From: Nemertoderma westbladi
Lineage: Eukaryota > Animalia > Xenacoelomorpha
Assembly (NCBI GenBank): GCA_032718475.1
Contig: JAUCBJ010002827.1
Span: forward strand, 1 to 64,000
DNA length: 64,000 nucleotides
Direction of reading: 5' to 3'
Shown piece by piece: positions 25,601-36,376 of this stretch. The notes under the pieces were generated by a model that saw only the letters and a list, made by a program, of their open reading frames with translations, made no database searches and was not told the origin of the DNA. Both the position numbers and the translations under genes were made by a program. Each line of letters starts with the position of its first letter. Within the stretch, counting starts at the first letter, position 1.

Positions 25601-26898
25601 TCTTGTAGAGAATACGTGCGTCCAAGCTCGATGTCTTCCTCGAGGTTTTGGATTTCTCTATCGAACTGTGGCAAGGCTAACTCCTTCACCGATTGGACTT
25701 GTTGTTGTAATTTACGTTTCTCTAAACAATCTTGTGTTCCCTTTCCGATTTTCTGTCGAATGGCGTCTAAAGCGTTTCTTATAACGCTCTCCTCGACTTC
25801 CGTGGCGGGTTGCATCGGGTTTAATCCTGGACGATTGTAAGGATCAAAGGGCGATATTAGCTGCCCGCGTCCCAATCCGGCTAAGTAGGATGGGCGGATG
25901 TCTAACGAACCCACTACCGGAGCACCACCGATTAATTGTTCGGGTAACACTAAGTCTTTGAACAGGGAATATAGTTCGGGAGGATCAGTGATACTGTTAG
26001 GATCAAGAGTTTGAGGTCTCACTAGGGAATGAGGAGGCCTGACCGAGTATTCCGGAACTCTGATCATGGGTTTATTCAGTGATCGTTTAAGACGAGCGAT
26101 CGTGGGTGGTATGTCGAACAGGTTTCGCTCGAAACTCCCGTAAGTGTAACACGTAAAACTATGTTTAGCGCAACGTCTCCGCGGATGTTTGTGTCTTTCA
26201 GTTTGTTGGTTGGGTCTAGGGCATTCGTCACAATAATACCAAAGACGTACGTCCTGTAGAGGAAACGCGGGTGAACGTTCTCCAGTTTTGCAATATTCTT
26301 CCATTTGTTCAAAACTATCCGGGATAACAGGTAGTGGACGATCGGCGGTAAGATACATCATAGTGAAATAGAGCCGTTTGAGTTCTACCACAGGGTCGTG
26401 ATGTATACCTTGAGGATATCGAGTCTCTAAGTTCTGCTGACTAGCGATGTTGAGATAGGTTTCTCTCAAAAATTCTAGGTATTCGTTGAAGTCGATGCGT
26501 TTATCCGGTTCTTCAACGTTTTCTCTTTCCAGTCTATTACGAATAGAATTTTCGTGATCTATTCTCGGTTTATCGTTACGACTCCGCTGGGTATGATATT
26601 TAAATAGAACCATTTCCCTCTCTGTATCTACATCGTCCGTATCATGTAAATCGATAGGATGGCCGGTCGTTAAGAAGTCCATATACGTACCATTACGATT
26701 CGTATAGCGAGTGGTGAATTTTCGATAGTCCAATTCACGCGCAAGTTGCTCTTGGGACATCGGCGGTTCGATATAACGACCATCGTCCTCCGTAATGGTT
26801 GGATCGGCTTCACCGCGTATTAAGCTATCCACAAATGCTTGTAAAGGTAGAGTATATCGCTCCCTAATACCAAGATCATCTTCTATCAACTCCGTCAT
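22645..26898 (-). CDS. Accessory ORF: 1417-aa protein with DEDDy-type 3'-5' exonuclease-like domain, three CCHC-type zinc knuckles, coiled-coil and basic C-terminus
   Basis: ExoI VVTYDNEG (~24736-24759); ExoII LPQPVLEMLFNERILKIGSAVYGDL; FVDTQ; ExoIII-like PLRPSLAIYTIFEN. Knuckles CRLCASRDH..C, CAYCRLNNLHIFAVC and CHHCQLKGYASFDC (~23375-23580). C-terminal KKLRKRRPRKKD. Confidence 0.8.
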   Translation of the reverse strand: MTELIEDDLGIRERYTLPLQAFVDSLIRGEADPTITEDDGRYIEPPMSQEQLARELDYRKFTTRYTNRNGTYMDFLTTGHPIDLHDTDDVDTEREMVLFKYHTQRSRNDKPRIDHENSIRNRLERENVEEPDKRIDFNEYLEFLRETYLNIASQQNLETRYPQGIHHDPVVELKRLYFTMMYLTADRPLPVIPDSFEQMEEYCKTGERSPAFPLQDVRLWYYCDECPRPNQQTERHKHPRRRCAKHSFTCYTYGSFERNLFDIPPTIARLKRSLNKPMIRVPEYSVRPPHSLVRPQTLDPNSITDPPELYSLFKDLVLPEQLIGGAPVVGSLDIRPSYLAGLGRGQLISPFDPYNRPGLNPMQPATEVEESVIRNALDAIRQKIGKGTQDCLEKRKLQQQVQSVKELALPQFDREIQNLEEDIELGRTYSLQEFLDERLQRQAEENLLEEKHTKLEEREEAALAQPEAQILMTDLYSKTVRHPSMIPHFGDKLFATIQPQPVDISTGSQNLIADAPMLQRPPIEAARVDGILVEPPDNRADLVRRMVHDVNIRARPLQNSFYGIKDHPYYVNLTQYYMVKPEDPTHNLKFLPLINPLDIVELEQLQKHLDQLVKVNSFRKPYNISRIEKDIEPPYNLDGFIKTRLVHWNLDVLFEEEKIQRYGNVETYTTRHMKYSDLPDANQCATLWHPVGMTLENATKEWNETLNVIEMYGVVTYDNEGSVPVGELGTTRMIHIRGLAGSTHVFTRACSDVIDYSFETLTETQKNLRHGQFELAQRYFIDTERKPAMGIDGSMLPQPVLEMLFNERILKIGSAVYGDLQNDFRNMENIPYPFVDTQLIAPWAEGRGFFRTMYANTSSNITKVQRTSIGHLAFQEYGWNFKVGNPINYQQVYGDHYSRLYFDGPLTAPGAVYSFMSVPLRPSLAIYTIFENTALAGWLADVCSRTIRAHPLILGTKLAKLDEHNKFIRFECFRRFLTPFRNVDSQFKDRALTKLSLRNSAAEKLDSAGFAVFQEICISNLHSSVIQRPRIPTGYSVVEIQTIGPPEETDAPTSAMHLEDEPICLESEEIQPIAPRNSDNDYIIEWYQGPQCLTAYDYRHANYVSRQRCRLCASRDHDTPMDTNVRCSYFQEQPTMEIYCAYCRLNNLHIFAVCPQFMTQCHHCQLKGYASFDCPFNHDLESVDEMITLRYIRAWEANADLHCDSRHRYYPGRAYEGVYAFHPYLFASVEQKSRISSYELLKRVGECISTKFVRKFLRSVNPSDLHSYNLINYIRQDPDYGDLFVNSHPELQEVYRRPYEYRAREHELERTIKPRRFLTAYGPPTALVQTTRKGPVRAAVLKRALKAVRPLSPDVDVNQPGTSTGGYTDHNPTPSDAIILHPSPRSYSPPCKVARPKEKRTLASFKKLRKRRPRKKD

Positions 26899-27711
26899 AT
26901 CTGCTATCTGAGTTTATTAATATCAAATAAGTTTATATTTAGGCGAGCGGGCGTCGCTGCCTACTTCTCTTTGCCCCCGGACAGTGGGATTCTCAGCGCC
27001 GATGTACCGTCGTCGCGGTGTTTACGCCAACATGTAGCAACAGCACGACAACGATAACTGGCACAAGTCACTCCACTGTCCGTCCCAAAGGCTTGGATCC
27101 ACTTAGGTTCTTTCTATAGGAGAGTTGGGCTACTTTTACAATTGCGACTAGCTACTGTAAACATACTTTAGCAGTAACATTCACCTATAAACGCACAAAT
27201 TCCACACAACTGTCACCAACTGCACACATACAGGCCATTTGTCCGTTAGTCAGTGCCTTCCAGAATGTCACGTTATTACTGTGTATCCTTGGATACTAGC
27301 AGTGTGCTATATTCTCTATGCTATGCAATGGGACAAGCTTTCTATTGTTCTTTTAACTTGCTTCTAATTCTAGCGTGGGTGTTGCTATGGTGACATTATG
27401 GAATGCTAGCGGTAGAATTAGGGTAATTCTCATGCATACAGATCTGGGATGCTATTTAATAATAATTCTTTAATTGTCAATATCCTCTTTATGCATGATT
27501 TTATTAATTTTATCGGCTATTGACTATATGTTGGAGATTCTCGCACTCTAATACACTCAATAGGATGAATCTCCGCTCCCATGATCTATTAATTAATGGA
27601 ATTTTGGGAATGTTATAAATTGTACAAAATGACAATTTATGAAATTCATTTAAAATATGAATTTAAATTTATTCCCGTGAATTTTATTATTTGATGTTAA
27701 AATTGACACAA

Positions 27712-27976
27712 TTTGATTCCAGAGCAGGTCTGGGGACATAGGATCCTTAATTCTATGAAATTTGTCTTTTAAGAGTATCGGTAAGTGCTACGATATCTTA
27801 ATCGACTAGAATTGTTAACGGATCTGAATTTTACAGATTGTAATAAATATTAAATTAATATTTAAGATGGGCACCGATTTATTCCAGAGCTTGTCTGGGG
27901 ACGTTAACCACTGATTCTAGAATTGGTCTTTCAAGTATATCGGTGGGTGCCGCGATATCTTAATCGACTAGAATTA
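27712..27976. repeat. Two ~100-bp imperfect direct repeats in the integrase-accessory ORF spacer
   Basis: ATTCCAGAGC..TCTGGGGAC...CGATATCTTAATCGACTAGAATT at ~27716-27813 and ~27881-27975. Confidence 0.8.
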
Positions 27977-28523
27977 CAGATGGTCAAAAGGTTTAACAGA
28001 TTTATTTGCGTTTTACGCTACTGTTAGAGGGACATCACGCTACTATATGTATTATTTAATATAAGGTAGAAGAGCAATATCGCACGAAGCAATGTCAGTG
28101 TGAAGAGGCAAGTCGTTTCCAAGGTCTACCCAGAGCTTGGTTTAGCCGAGACACGAGGATCTGAACTTTGCATTCCTAATACTCTGCCTACTAATAATAC
28201 TTGAATATAGTAGTGGCTTTATTGTACTTTAAGAAGTATGGACATTTCATCTTACTGTAGTCACGTATTTATAATATGATACGGACAGTAAGGAAAGAGA
28301 AAAATAATTATTTTCTCGCCGTCGCACTAAATATATATTATAAGTAATTACGTACGTAATAAACACTAATATATCGCACTAATCTACTAAATAATCACTA
28401 AAATAACATTCTACTAAATAAAATTGAATAAAAACGATTATAATAAAGTACATAATAAAGTTCGCATATAAAAATGTAATAAAATAGATAAAACAATATA
28501 GTCATACACCCACTCCAGACGTA

Positions 28524-30062
28524 TCACGTTGGGGAGTCCCTAGATGTTTGAGGAATTAGGGAGGTGGTCGTGGGAAGAGTGTCTTGCCTTCCATAGTTTC
28601 CAGAGAGTTCTCTGTCTCTTTCCAGTAAACATAAACGACCAACTGGGCGATTGAGTTGTTGCGTCTCAAAGATTATGCCTGGCTTCTTGAAGTTACGCCG
28701 CATGACGACAAGTTCTACTGAGCGCACTAAACCATCATCCGAGATGTGAGTCTCGATGATACGACCTGTCTGCCACCGTTTACGTGGGAGGTCTGGATCT
28801 ACAATAAGCACCATATCTCCGGCGCTGACGTTTTCTTGCTGCGCAAACCACTTAGTTCGAAGTTGTAGCGTGGGCAGATAATGTTTCTCGAAATGGTCAG
28901 CAAAACGACGGGATAGCAACTGCATAAGTTGCCAAGTTCGACGGCAGTATTCGTCTCCGTCGGCAATCTCCGATCGTGGGAGCATGGCTACAGGTTTCTT
29001 CAGTAGGAAGTGCGCGGGTGTTAGCGCTTCCAGGGAATCGGGACTCGATGAGACTGGCATAAGCGGTCTCTCGTTGAGATAGGCAGCAATTTCCTCCATT
29101 AATGTCCGCAAAAGTTCGTCGGTGAGATACGCGCGGCATGGCACTATAAAGTGAAATGCGGTTTTGACACTTCGAATTAATCTCTCCCAACTTCCTCCCC
29201 ACCAAGGGGCGTCGGCGGCATTGAAGGTCCAGCTAGACGCTGTTATCCTTAGCTGGTCGTCCACCTGTCTTTGGTTCCAGTCCTTCACGTAAGCCTGTAT
29301 TTCGTTGTTGGCACCAATGAAGTTCGTTCCCTTATCCGATCTCATGGTATTACTCGTCCCGAAGCGAGCGATCTGTCGTCGTAAACTTAAGACGAAGCTG
29401 TTGGTAGATAGATCGTTCACCATATCGAGATGGATGGCTCTACAAGTCATGCACACGAAGATGACACACCATCTCTTGACTATAGTCCTAGCACGATATA
29501 CTTCAATAGGGCCAAATAAATCTACACCAGTATTAGTAAAAGGTGGTTCATAGAAGCTTACTCGTTCCCTAGGTAATTCTGCCTCTCGCTGTGTTAAAGG
29601 CCTACTGAATGCCTTCCTACAGGGTATGCAGTTCCTAAGAACTTGGTTCAGAGCTCTACGGGGTTTATCAAAATAATAGCGAGTTCGAATTTCGCTAAGA
29701 ATTCGTTCTCTACCAGCATGATAAAGTTTACTGTGAACATCTACAATCATCTTGATTTGTACATCAAGATTTCTAATAAGTATGGGGAATTTGGTGTCAA
29801 AGGATAAGGGCGCATTGGTGAGTCTTCCTCCAACACGTATTAACCCATCTATCATTGTGCTCGAGAATCGATCCCTTAAGCGCATCTGCGGATTTCTCAA
29901 CAACAGGAAATACTTTTCGGAATCCTCATAGCATTGCAGGAGTCTCAGTATCTGCTTATTGGTTTCTTCATGTTCCTGGTGACTAATTTTATCCTTTAGA
30001 AAACGGTCAGATGTCTTATATTTGGGTAAATTTTTAATAACATGAACGTGTGCAGATGTCAA
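28524..30062 (-). CDS. pol: BEL/Pao integrase
   Basis: HSKLYHAG...CIPC zinc finger; PFTNTGVDLFGP; SDKGTNF; APWWGGSWERLI; C-terminal domain ending RPVGRLCLLE. Confidence 0.93.
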   Translation of the reverse strand: MTSAHVHVIKNLPKYKTSDRFLKDKISHQEHEETNKQILRLLQCYEDSEKYFLLLRNPQMRLRDRFSSTMIDGLIRVGGRLTNAPLSFDTKFPILIRNLDVQIKMIVDVHSKLYHAGRERILSEIRTRYYFDKPRRALNQVLRNCIPCRKAFSRPLTQREAELPRERVSFYEPPFTNTGVDLFGPIEVYRARTIVKRWCVIFVCMTCRAIHLDMVNDLSTNSFVLSLRRQIARFGTSNTMRSDKGTNFIGANNEIQAYVKDWNQRQVDDQLRITASSWTFNAADAPWWGGSWERLIRSVKTAFHFIVPCRAYLTDELLRTLMEEIAAYLNERPLMPVSSSPDSLEALTPAHFLLKKPVAMLPRSEIADGDEYCRRTWQLMQLLSRRFADHFEKHYLPTLQLRTKWFAQQENVSAGDMVLIVDPDLPRKRWQTGRIIETHISDDGLVRSVELVVMRRNFKKPGIIFETQQLNRPVGRLCLLERDRELSGNYGRQDTLPTTTSLIPQTSRDSPT

Positions 30063-30075
30063 TGGAGCGTTATCA

Positions 30076-31035
30076 CTAGTGGTCTTCGTCCTGGAGTAGT
30101 GATGATGAAAACATCGTCTTTAAATATGTGACGGCTTTACAGAGCCGATTCCAGGAACTGTAATGATGCATTGCTCTCTGCAGCATGGGTGAGATTCCTT
30201 GCGAGACGTCTGGTATTCCAGATTTCCAATCTCTATCTCTAATTTCCACAACAGACTTATTTGTGTTGAGGGATTGTGGATCCGAAGCATCATTCCCGGA
30301 AGTATGTAATACAGATAGATCGATAGTCGGTTTAAATAACTTCGATTTACTCGCCCGGGTTTTAGGTTTGACTGTCTCCGCTCCCTTGGCTTGTCTAATC
30401 TCCGCCGTAGTAAGGTGAGGAGGCCATTCATCCTCTTCCTTGTTCAGGAAGTCGGGTCCACCCAACCAATCTGGAGTATCTATCAGTTCCTGTGGAGTTG
30501 CTCCCCTGGAGGCGATATCGGCTGGATTAATCGTACCAGGGCAATGTCTCCATTGATCTATCTTTGTGCGACTAAGAATAATAGCTACTCTGTTAGTAAC
30601 AAAAATGCTGAACTGACAGACTTCATTGGTTAGATACTCCAACACGAGTAAAGCGTCAGTCCAATAAACCGTTTTCTCCAGTGGATAGTCGATTTGTTCC
30701 GTTACGTTCCGGCCGATGGCTGTAGCGTATAAAGCCGCCTTTAACTCCGCTCGAGGAACCTTTAACTTGTTGTTAATCAATGCCTTAGAGGTAACCAAGG
30801 CGACTTTGATTCCATCCGGAGTTTCGACTCGCAGATATGCTACTATACCTATTCCCATGTCGCTGGCGTCTCCAAACACATGGAGTTGATAAGAATACGT
30901 AGGAAGAACATGGCCAAAATATGCACGAGAAATTATAAAGTTCTCGATGGCAGGTAGAGAATCTTCCCATTTCATCCATTTCTTTAACAATTCTCCCTTA
31001 AGCGGATCGTCCCATGAGTGGTTTTCAAGCCACAT
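30076..31035 (-). pseudogene. pol: BEL/Pao RNase H region (Pao peptidase A17-type), out of frame with the integrase
   Basis: SWDDPL, LHVFGDAS, PRAELKAA, WTDA, FVTNRV and WRHCPGTINPADIASRG motifs. Confidence 0.9.
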
Positions 31036-31043
31036 TTGTTGTA

Positions 31044-32894
31044 CTAAACTTCGACCGCCGAAGCGGGAGTCGCCAACATTGTAGCGGGCTGACGCGGGAT
31101 GACAGGAGACAAATCTTTGATTTCTCTCTCAGATTCCAGGACAGGGATATTCTCATGGACTGTTCTACCGGGTACAGGCAGTGTAGTACTGTGTAAAGGG
31201 AACTTAGAGTTAAGCTCTGGAAGTACAGGGGTCTCTAGCACAGGAGTGACTTTGGGAACGACAGGCCTAATTATTTCAGGCTCATCAACTATAGTAGGGA
31301 GTTTTTTGACCTTAATAATTTGGTCTGTAGGTTCTATTCTACTTAAGTCTGTGCTAGCTAGTTGTCTTCTCACAGCTGAGGGCAAATCAGGCAATTTGTG
31401 ACGGTAAGATGTTTTTCTACGCCTGCTTAGACGAGATCTATTTCCTCCGCCTTCAGGATCGGTGGTTTCGCTTTCCTCCGATGACGTATATCCCTGGCGT
31501 TTGGGAGTAGATCTTCTCATCATCTGCATGTGACTAGCAGTTAACTGTTTATTTATGTTGTCTTGCGTCTCTTGCAGATTCTCCAACTCCAGTTGGGTAG
31601 TCTCCTCAGAGGCTCTCCATTCTGCTTCTGCCACTGCCTTTGCTGCTTTTCTTTCTGCTTCTGCTTCTGCCTCCGCTGCCTTTCTTTCTACTTCTGCTTC
31701 TGTCATGGCCGCCGCCTTTTTTTCCTCTATCCGTCTTTTCTTTACTTCTTCTTCCTGGACTCTAGCGAGGCGAAGTTTTTCATCAAATTTAGCTTGGTTT
31801 GCAGCTAACATTTCAGCATCGATTGAGTCTAACACACGCTGGGTTCCTTCACTATTAGGGGAAAGTCCAGACAGCCGTCTCCTCAACTCTTCGTCTCCTA
31901 GGAAACGCTGATAGTCGGACAGATAAATGTCGATGGCGTCTCTCGTTCGTGGTCTCTCTGCGGTCTCTTCGCCTTCCACTTGAGAAAGGGTGGCATCGGT
32001 TGGTTCTTCATAGGTTAGTCTCTCAGACAGCTGGGATTTCCACTGGTCCGTTTCTTGTACTTTGAGACCTACCCGCTGGAACCAAGTTTTGACAGCAACC
32101 TGCAGCGACGTGTCCTGTCTTCTTTTGGAAGTTTCCTCAAAGGCTGATAGGATTAGTCTAATGCGTAGGGTTCTTTCACGTACTTGATAAAGCAGCTCTT
32201 CCTGCTCTTGAGGTCCTTGGGGTTGTCGAAACAATTGTTCTTCCAATCGCTCTAAGGAGCCGAAGAATCCCTGCACATATCCTGCTGCCGACCTCTTCCA
32301 AACAGCTGGATCCATCGTATCTTTAGCCACTCCCATCCTGTGTATATCTTCCCAAGTAGCCTCGGACAAATCTAACGGGAGTCCGGGTCCGGGAAAGTTC
32401 CATTGTGACTCGACAACAGACATCAATTCTCCCCTGGCGTATCCCGCATAATTATCTTGGGTCGCGCTCATACTTCTCGCCCAATCGGCTTGATGTTCTT
32501 CCACCGCAATCAATATAGTAGTTAGTACTGCGGCAGGAAGGGTGAGAAGGGGGTCCGAGTAGGCTGTAGCCGCCATCTGCAATCCGCATTCGGGGGTCAG
32601 CTCTACAGTATCCGAACTACTGGAGCTATCTGATCGCTGGGAACAAGTTTCTTGACTAGGATGTTGCTGCTGTTGGACAGCTGCTTCCTGGTTCCGCTTG
32701 ACTTGGGCCCGAGTGCCGATGATAGACCTACGGTGTTGGATCAGCTTAGGGTCTGATACTACTACTGGAGGGATGACTTTTCTTTCAGTAGGAGGTGAGC
32801 TGAACTCCTTTCTTAATCGCTCCACACTCCTATCTGTGTCACAGATGGTTGTATCGATTAGACTGTCTGACAGGTTTTGCTGGGTGTCAGACAT
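31044..32894 (-). pseudogene. gag: N-terminal part of Gag, truncated by an internal deletion that removed the Gag core, protease and RT
   Basis: 616-aa charged/coiled-coil ORF at the gag position, joined at ~31040 directly to the RT-RNase H connection. No protease or YVDD motif is visible anywhere in the element. Confidence 0.7.
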
Positions 32895-32974
32895 GTTTAG
32901 CTATACAGTTGAATGCTTACTGCTATAGTTACAGTTAAAGCAAGTCTAGTAATTCAGTATGACCGTTGGCCTAG

Positions 32975-35065
32975 TACCGGTAATTTATTACAGTATATTA
33001 GAATACCGGTATGCACTTATAATATATATAAGTATTGTAAACTAGTTTTGTCACAGAGTACCGGTATATAAATTTAGCACAAATATATATAAATATATAA
33101 TAGGCCTATCGTGAATACCGGTATACAGCTTACACTTATAGTATATATAAGTATAATTATGAACTAGAATTAATTACAGAATACCGGTATGATTTTAGCT
33201 CAAATTTATAGAAATAAATATAATAAGCCTATGGTAAATACCGGTATGTCAATTATTTTAGAATAATTGAATTTCTGAATATTTTAGGGTTACTTGGTTA
33301 CTTTAACTTACTTTATTACCGTTATTTAAGCAGTAGTCCAACTGATATTGAGACCTAGTTGTTGTATGGCAGGCCTACTATTTATAAATCGTTTGAGTTG
33401 ATTTATAATAGATATATACCCGTTTAAAAATGGGTTTTGTCAATATTTGAAATAAATGTTATTATTTCTGGGGGGTCACTACACAGAAGCTGTGCGCTCT
33501 CAGTGGAGTGCTACTTATGGGACACTAAAACAGATAATTCTAATTTACCTAAGTTACTTAATACTACAAATTACTTACGATACGGGTGAGATTAAATCTC
33601 TAATTAAACACAACAAAAATATTATGTACGAATTTTTAGGGTAATTTTACAGGAAGTCTACAAACCAGCCTAACAAAGGGTTAGAATTCTGGTTATTCTA
33701 TCGGACAGGGTACTACGGTATTTAAAATAATAAGTAGTAGTAAATATATTGCGCTGTCCAGATAGGAAAATACCACCGCCTGACGACCTATAGCCGTATC
33801 GCTATAGGTACTACGTTATGTATCACGGAGTGTTCCTACCTGGAAGTTAGTTACCGCGGACTACCAGATCCAGCGTGCCTATTAACCACTTTACAACACA
33901 AATATACTGCCTACACACTAATTACCTCGGAAAGCACTGTACACTAAACCCTAAATTAGGTACAAATACTGGTACAACAAATAATCAGTAGTTAAATATA
34001 CTTGAACAGTTAAAAGAACCACGGCATCTGCTGGAGTGACCGAAGCACAAAGTCACCAGTCTTTTCCTACGCCAAGCAGCCCATGTAGTACCGGGGTTAA
34101 TTTAACTATAACGGTATGTGTAACAAGCACAATTACTGTAGGAATAAACTTGGGGACACGAATGTTGCGAATAATCGCATAAACTCTGAATAATAAATAT
34201 TACGCTACCCATACAGAATACTCAAACAAAATACAAACCAAACGCTGGCAGACTACCACCAAGCCCAAATAAACTACCGTACGTGTAGATTCCGAAATGG
34301 TTAGTTAGTATGCGTTCTAACACGGTAGTACGACTTATTCTTTAAGAGGGGATTGACCTTACAGCTATGGCTGCCCCAACTTACTAACTGGCACTTTATC
34401 AGACAAACTCTACACACGCAGCAATCTCTTCAGACCTAATAATAGCTAGACAACAATCCAGCCTACAAAATATCTGAGTAATAACTATTACGGTACCTGA
34501 ACAGACCACACAAACAAACACAGGCCAAAACGTTGGCAGAATACTGTCAAGCCTAAATAAACTACAGTATGTGCAGATTCCAAAATGGTTAGTTAGTATG
34601 CGTTCTAACACGGTAGTACGACTTATTCTTTAAGAGGGGATTGACCTTACAGCTATGGCTGCCCCAACTTACTAACTGGCACTTTATCGGACAAACTCTA
34701 CACACGCCGCAATCGCTCCAAACCCAACAACAATCTAACAACAGTCCGGCCTACAATTATCTGAACAATCTGAGCAGACTTACACGTCTTCAGCTCAATA
34801 TTAACTTACTAGGAAATAAAACTGACAGAAATAAGTAAAGTCTCAATAAAAAACCAGGGCTGCAGTCCCTGATTAAATACTAAGACCTACTGGTATACAA
34901 TAATCAAAATCGAATAATACTAATGTACTTATACTGGAAGTACCGGTTAGGACAGTTGGGCCTACGGACCTACAGAAGTACCAGTTCTGGCAGTTGGGCC
35001 TACTGACCTACAGAAATACCGGTTCTGGCAGTTGGGCCTACTGACCTACAGAAGTACCGGTTCAG
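32975..35065. repeat. Repeat-rich 5' leader of BEL element 2
   Basis: ACCGGTAT units spaced ~60 bp apart (32975-33250), a ~190-bp direct duplication (~34235-34420 and ~34525-34710), and three ~37-bp units CAGTTGGGCCTACTGACCTACAGAAGTACCGGTTC (34950-35065). Confidence 0.8.
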
Positions 35066-35128
35066 GTTTACCGGTCGACCGGTACTTTCAACTTTATTGC
35101 TTACTGCAATAAAGACAATAACTGTTAT

Positions 35129-36376
35129 TGTACGCGCTTTTGAAGACCTTTAGCAGTTTAACCTGCCAAAATTTATATGTCTTTTGGTTTATAAATAGAC
35201 TTTAGAAGTTGACAAATATTTAATACCAATAAACACAACATTAGCAGAAGCCAGCCTAGTGCGCGTCCATTCACCCGCTGGATATACCCGGGAGACTGGA
35301 TTCTGAGGGCTTAGATTATTATTGCAGTGTAAGCTTACTGTATTATTCGATTGATCGTTAATAAATAATTTCTGACTAATATTATTCACTTTCGGGAAAT
35401 ATTAACAGTTCCTTTAGGACGTGGCGCTCTATCTAGGTAAACAGAGATATGACTTATACTAATCACAACGGTAAGTCGGTAAGGCTTATGATTCACGTAT
35501 GAGGCGCATTCTTTAGGAAATGCTTAGTTATCAGTCACAATCAGGCACACTACCGGTAACACACAATACTGCTCACTAATTTGCCGACCGTCAATGAATT
35601 TTATCATATATAAAGAGAACAGCAACGGACTCATGTAGTGCTTATCAAATAGCATTAAATTCACTACAAACCACAATAATATAAGTCGCAATCGCTATAT
35701 ATAACCCGTCTCTCTAACCTGTAGTGTATCAAGAAAATTGGGAAATTTGGGTTCTTTATAGATATTCTCCAAATAATATTCAACCAAACAATAGTAAATA
35801 GCAGTATAATAATGTATATTGAACCGATAATGTAAAACTGAATTGCGATCAGTTGATATGATAAGATAACAGTTATACGCTCTATAATTTAAGCCTACTA
35901 ATGTTTCTTCTAAAGTATGAAAACGAATTGACTCTAGAGCCGGTGTTCCTGGCCTAGATAGCAACAACACAACAGTATCAAGAAAAAACAGTAAGACTGA
36001 ACACTCCTAGTATGATCGGCCGAATATCTCCACATCGACAGAAAAAATTGCTCTGATTGGCTTAAGCTAAACAAAGAACCATGTGTCCAATGGCTGTTCC
36101 CATGTCAGCAACCAGCTGTTAGATGTCGTAATCTGAATCATCAAGGCTAAGCTGTGTAAAGGTATTTGGTGCATTGCGGGTTTTTTGCCTTACCATGTCC
36201 GCCAAAACACGTATATAGAAGAATGACTTTTATGTCCGTTAAAACACTCATAACGGTACCTTGCGGGCGAGGGGAATATATATATAGTTAGAGAGCCTTT
36301 TAGAGTATTCCAGTGCCTGGGGGGAAACTGGATTGCGAAGCAAAGGGGCCAGTTATATCCCACAGAAGCTTTTACA
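35129..36376 (-). repeat. 5' LTR of BEL element 2 (1248 bp)
   Basis: Near-identical to 21319-22566 and followed by TSD GTAGT. Confidence 0.96.

Larger units (their letters stand above)
21319..36376 (-). mobile_element. BEL/Pao LTR retrotransposon 2 (15.06 kb, recent, internally deleted, with accessory exonuclease ORF)
   Basis: Two 1248-bp LTRs (21319-22566, 35129-36376) with about 6 substitutions by eye, TG..CA termini, TSD GTAGT (21314-21318 / 36377-36381) and short PPT GGGAGCGG (minus strand) next to the 3' LTR. Confidence 0.96.

Noticed and set aside
22645-26898. Envelope (env) gene at the third-ORF position
   Set aside because: No signal peptide or transmembrane helix is visible; exonuclease and zinc-knuckle motifs are present instead.
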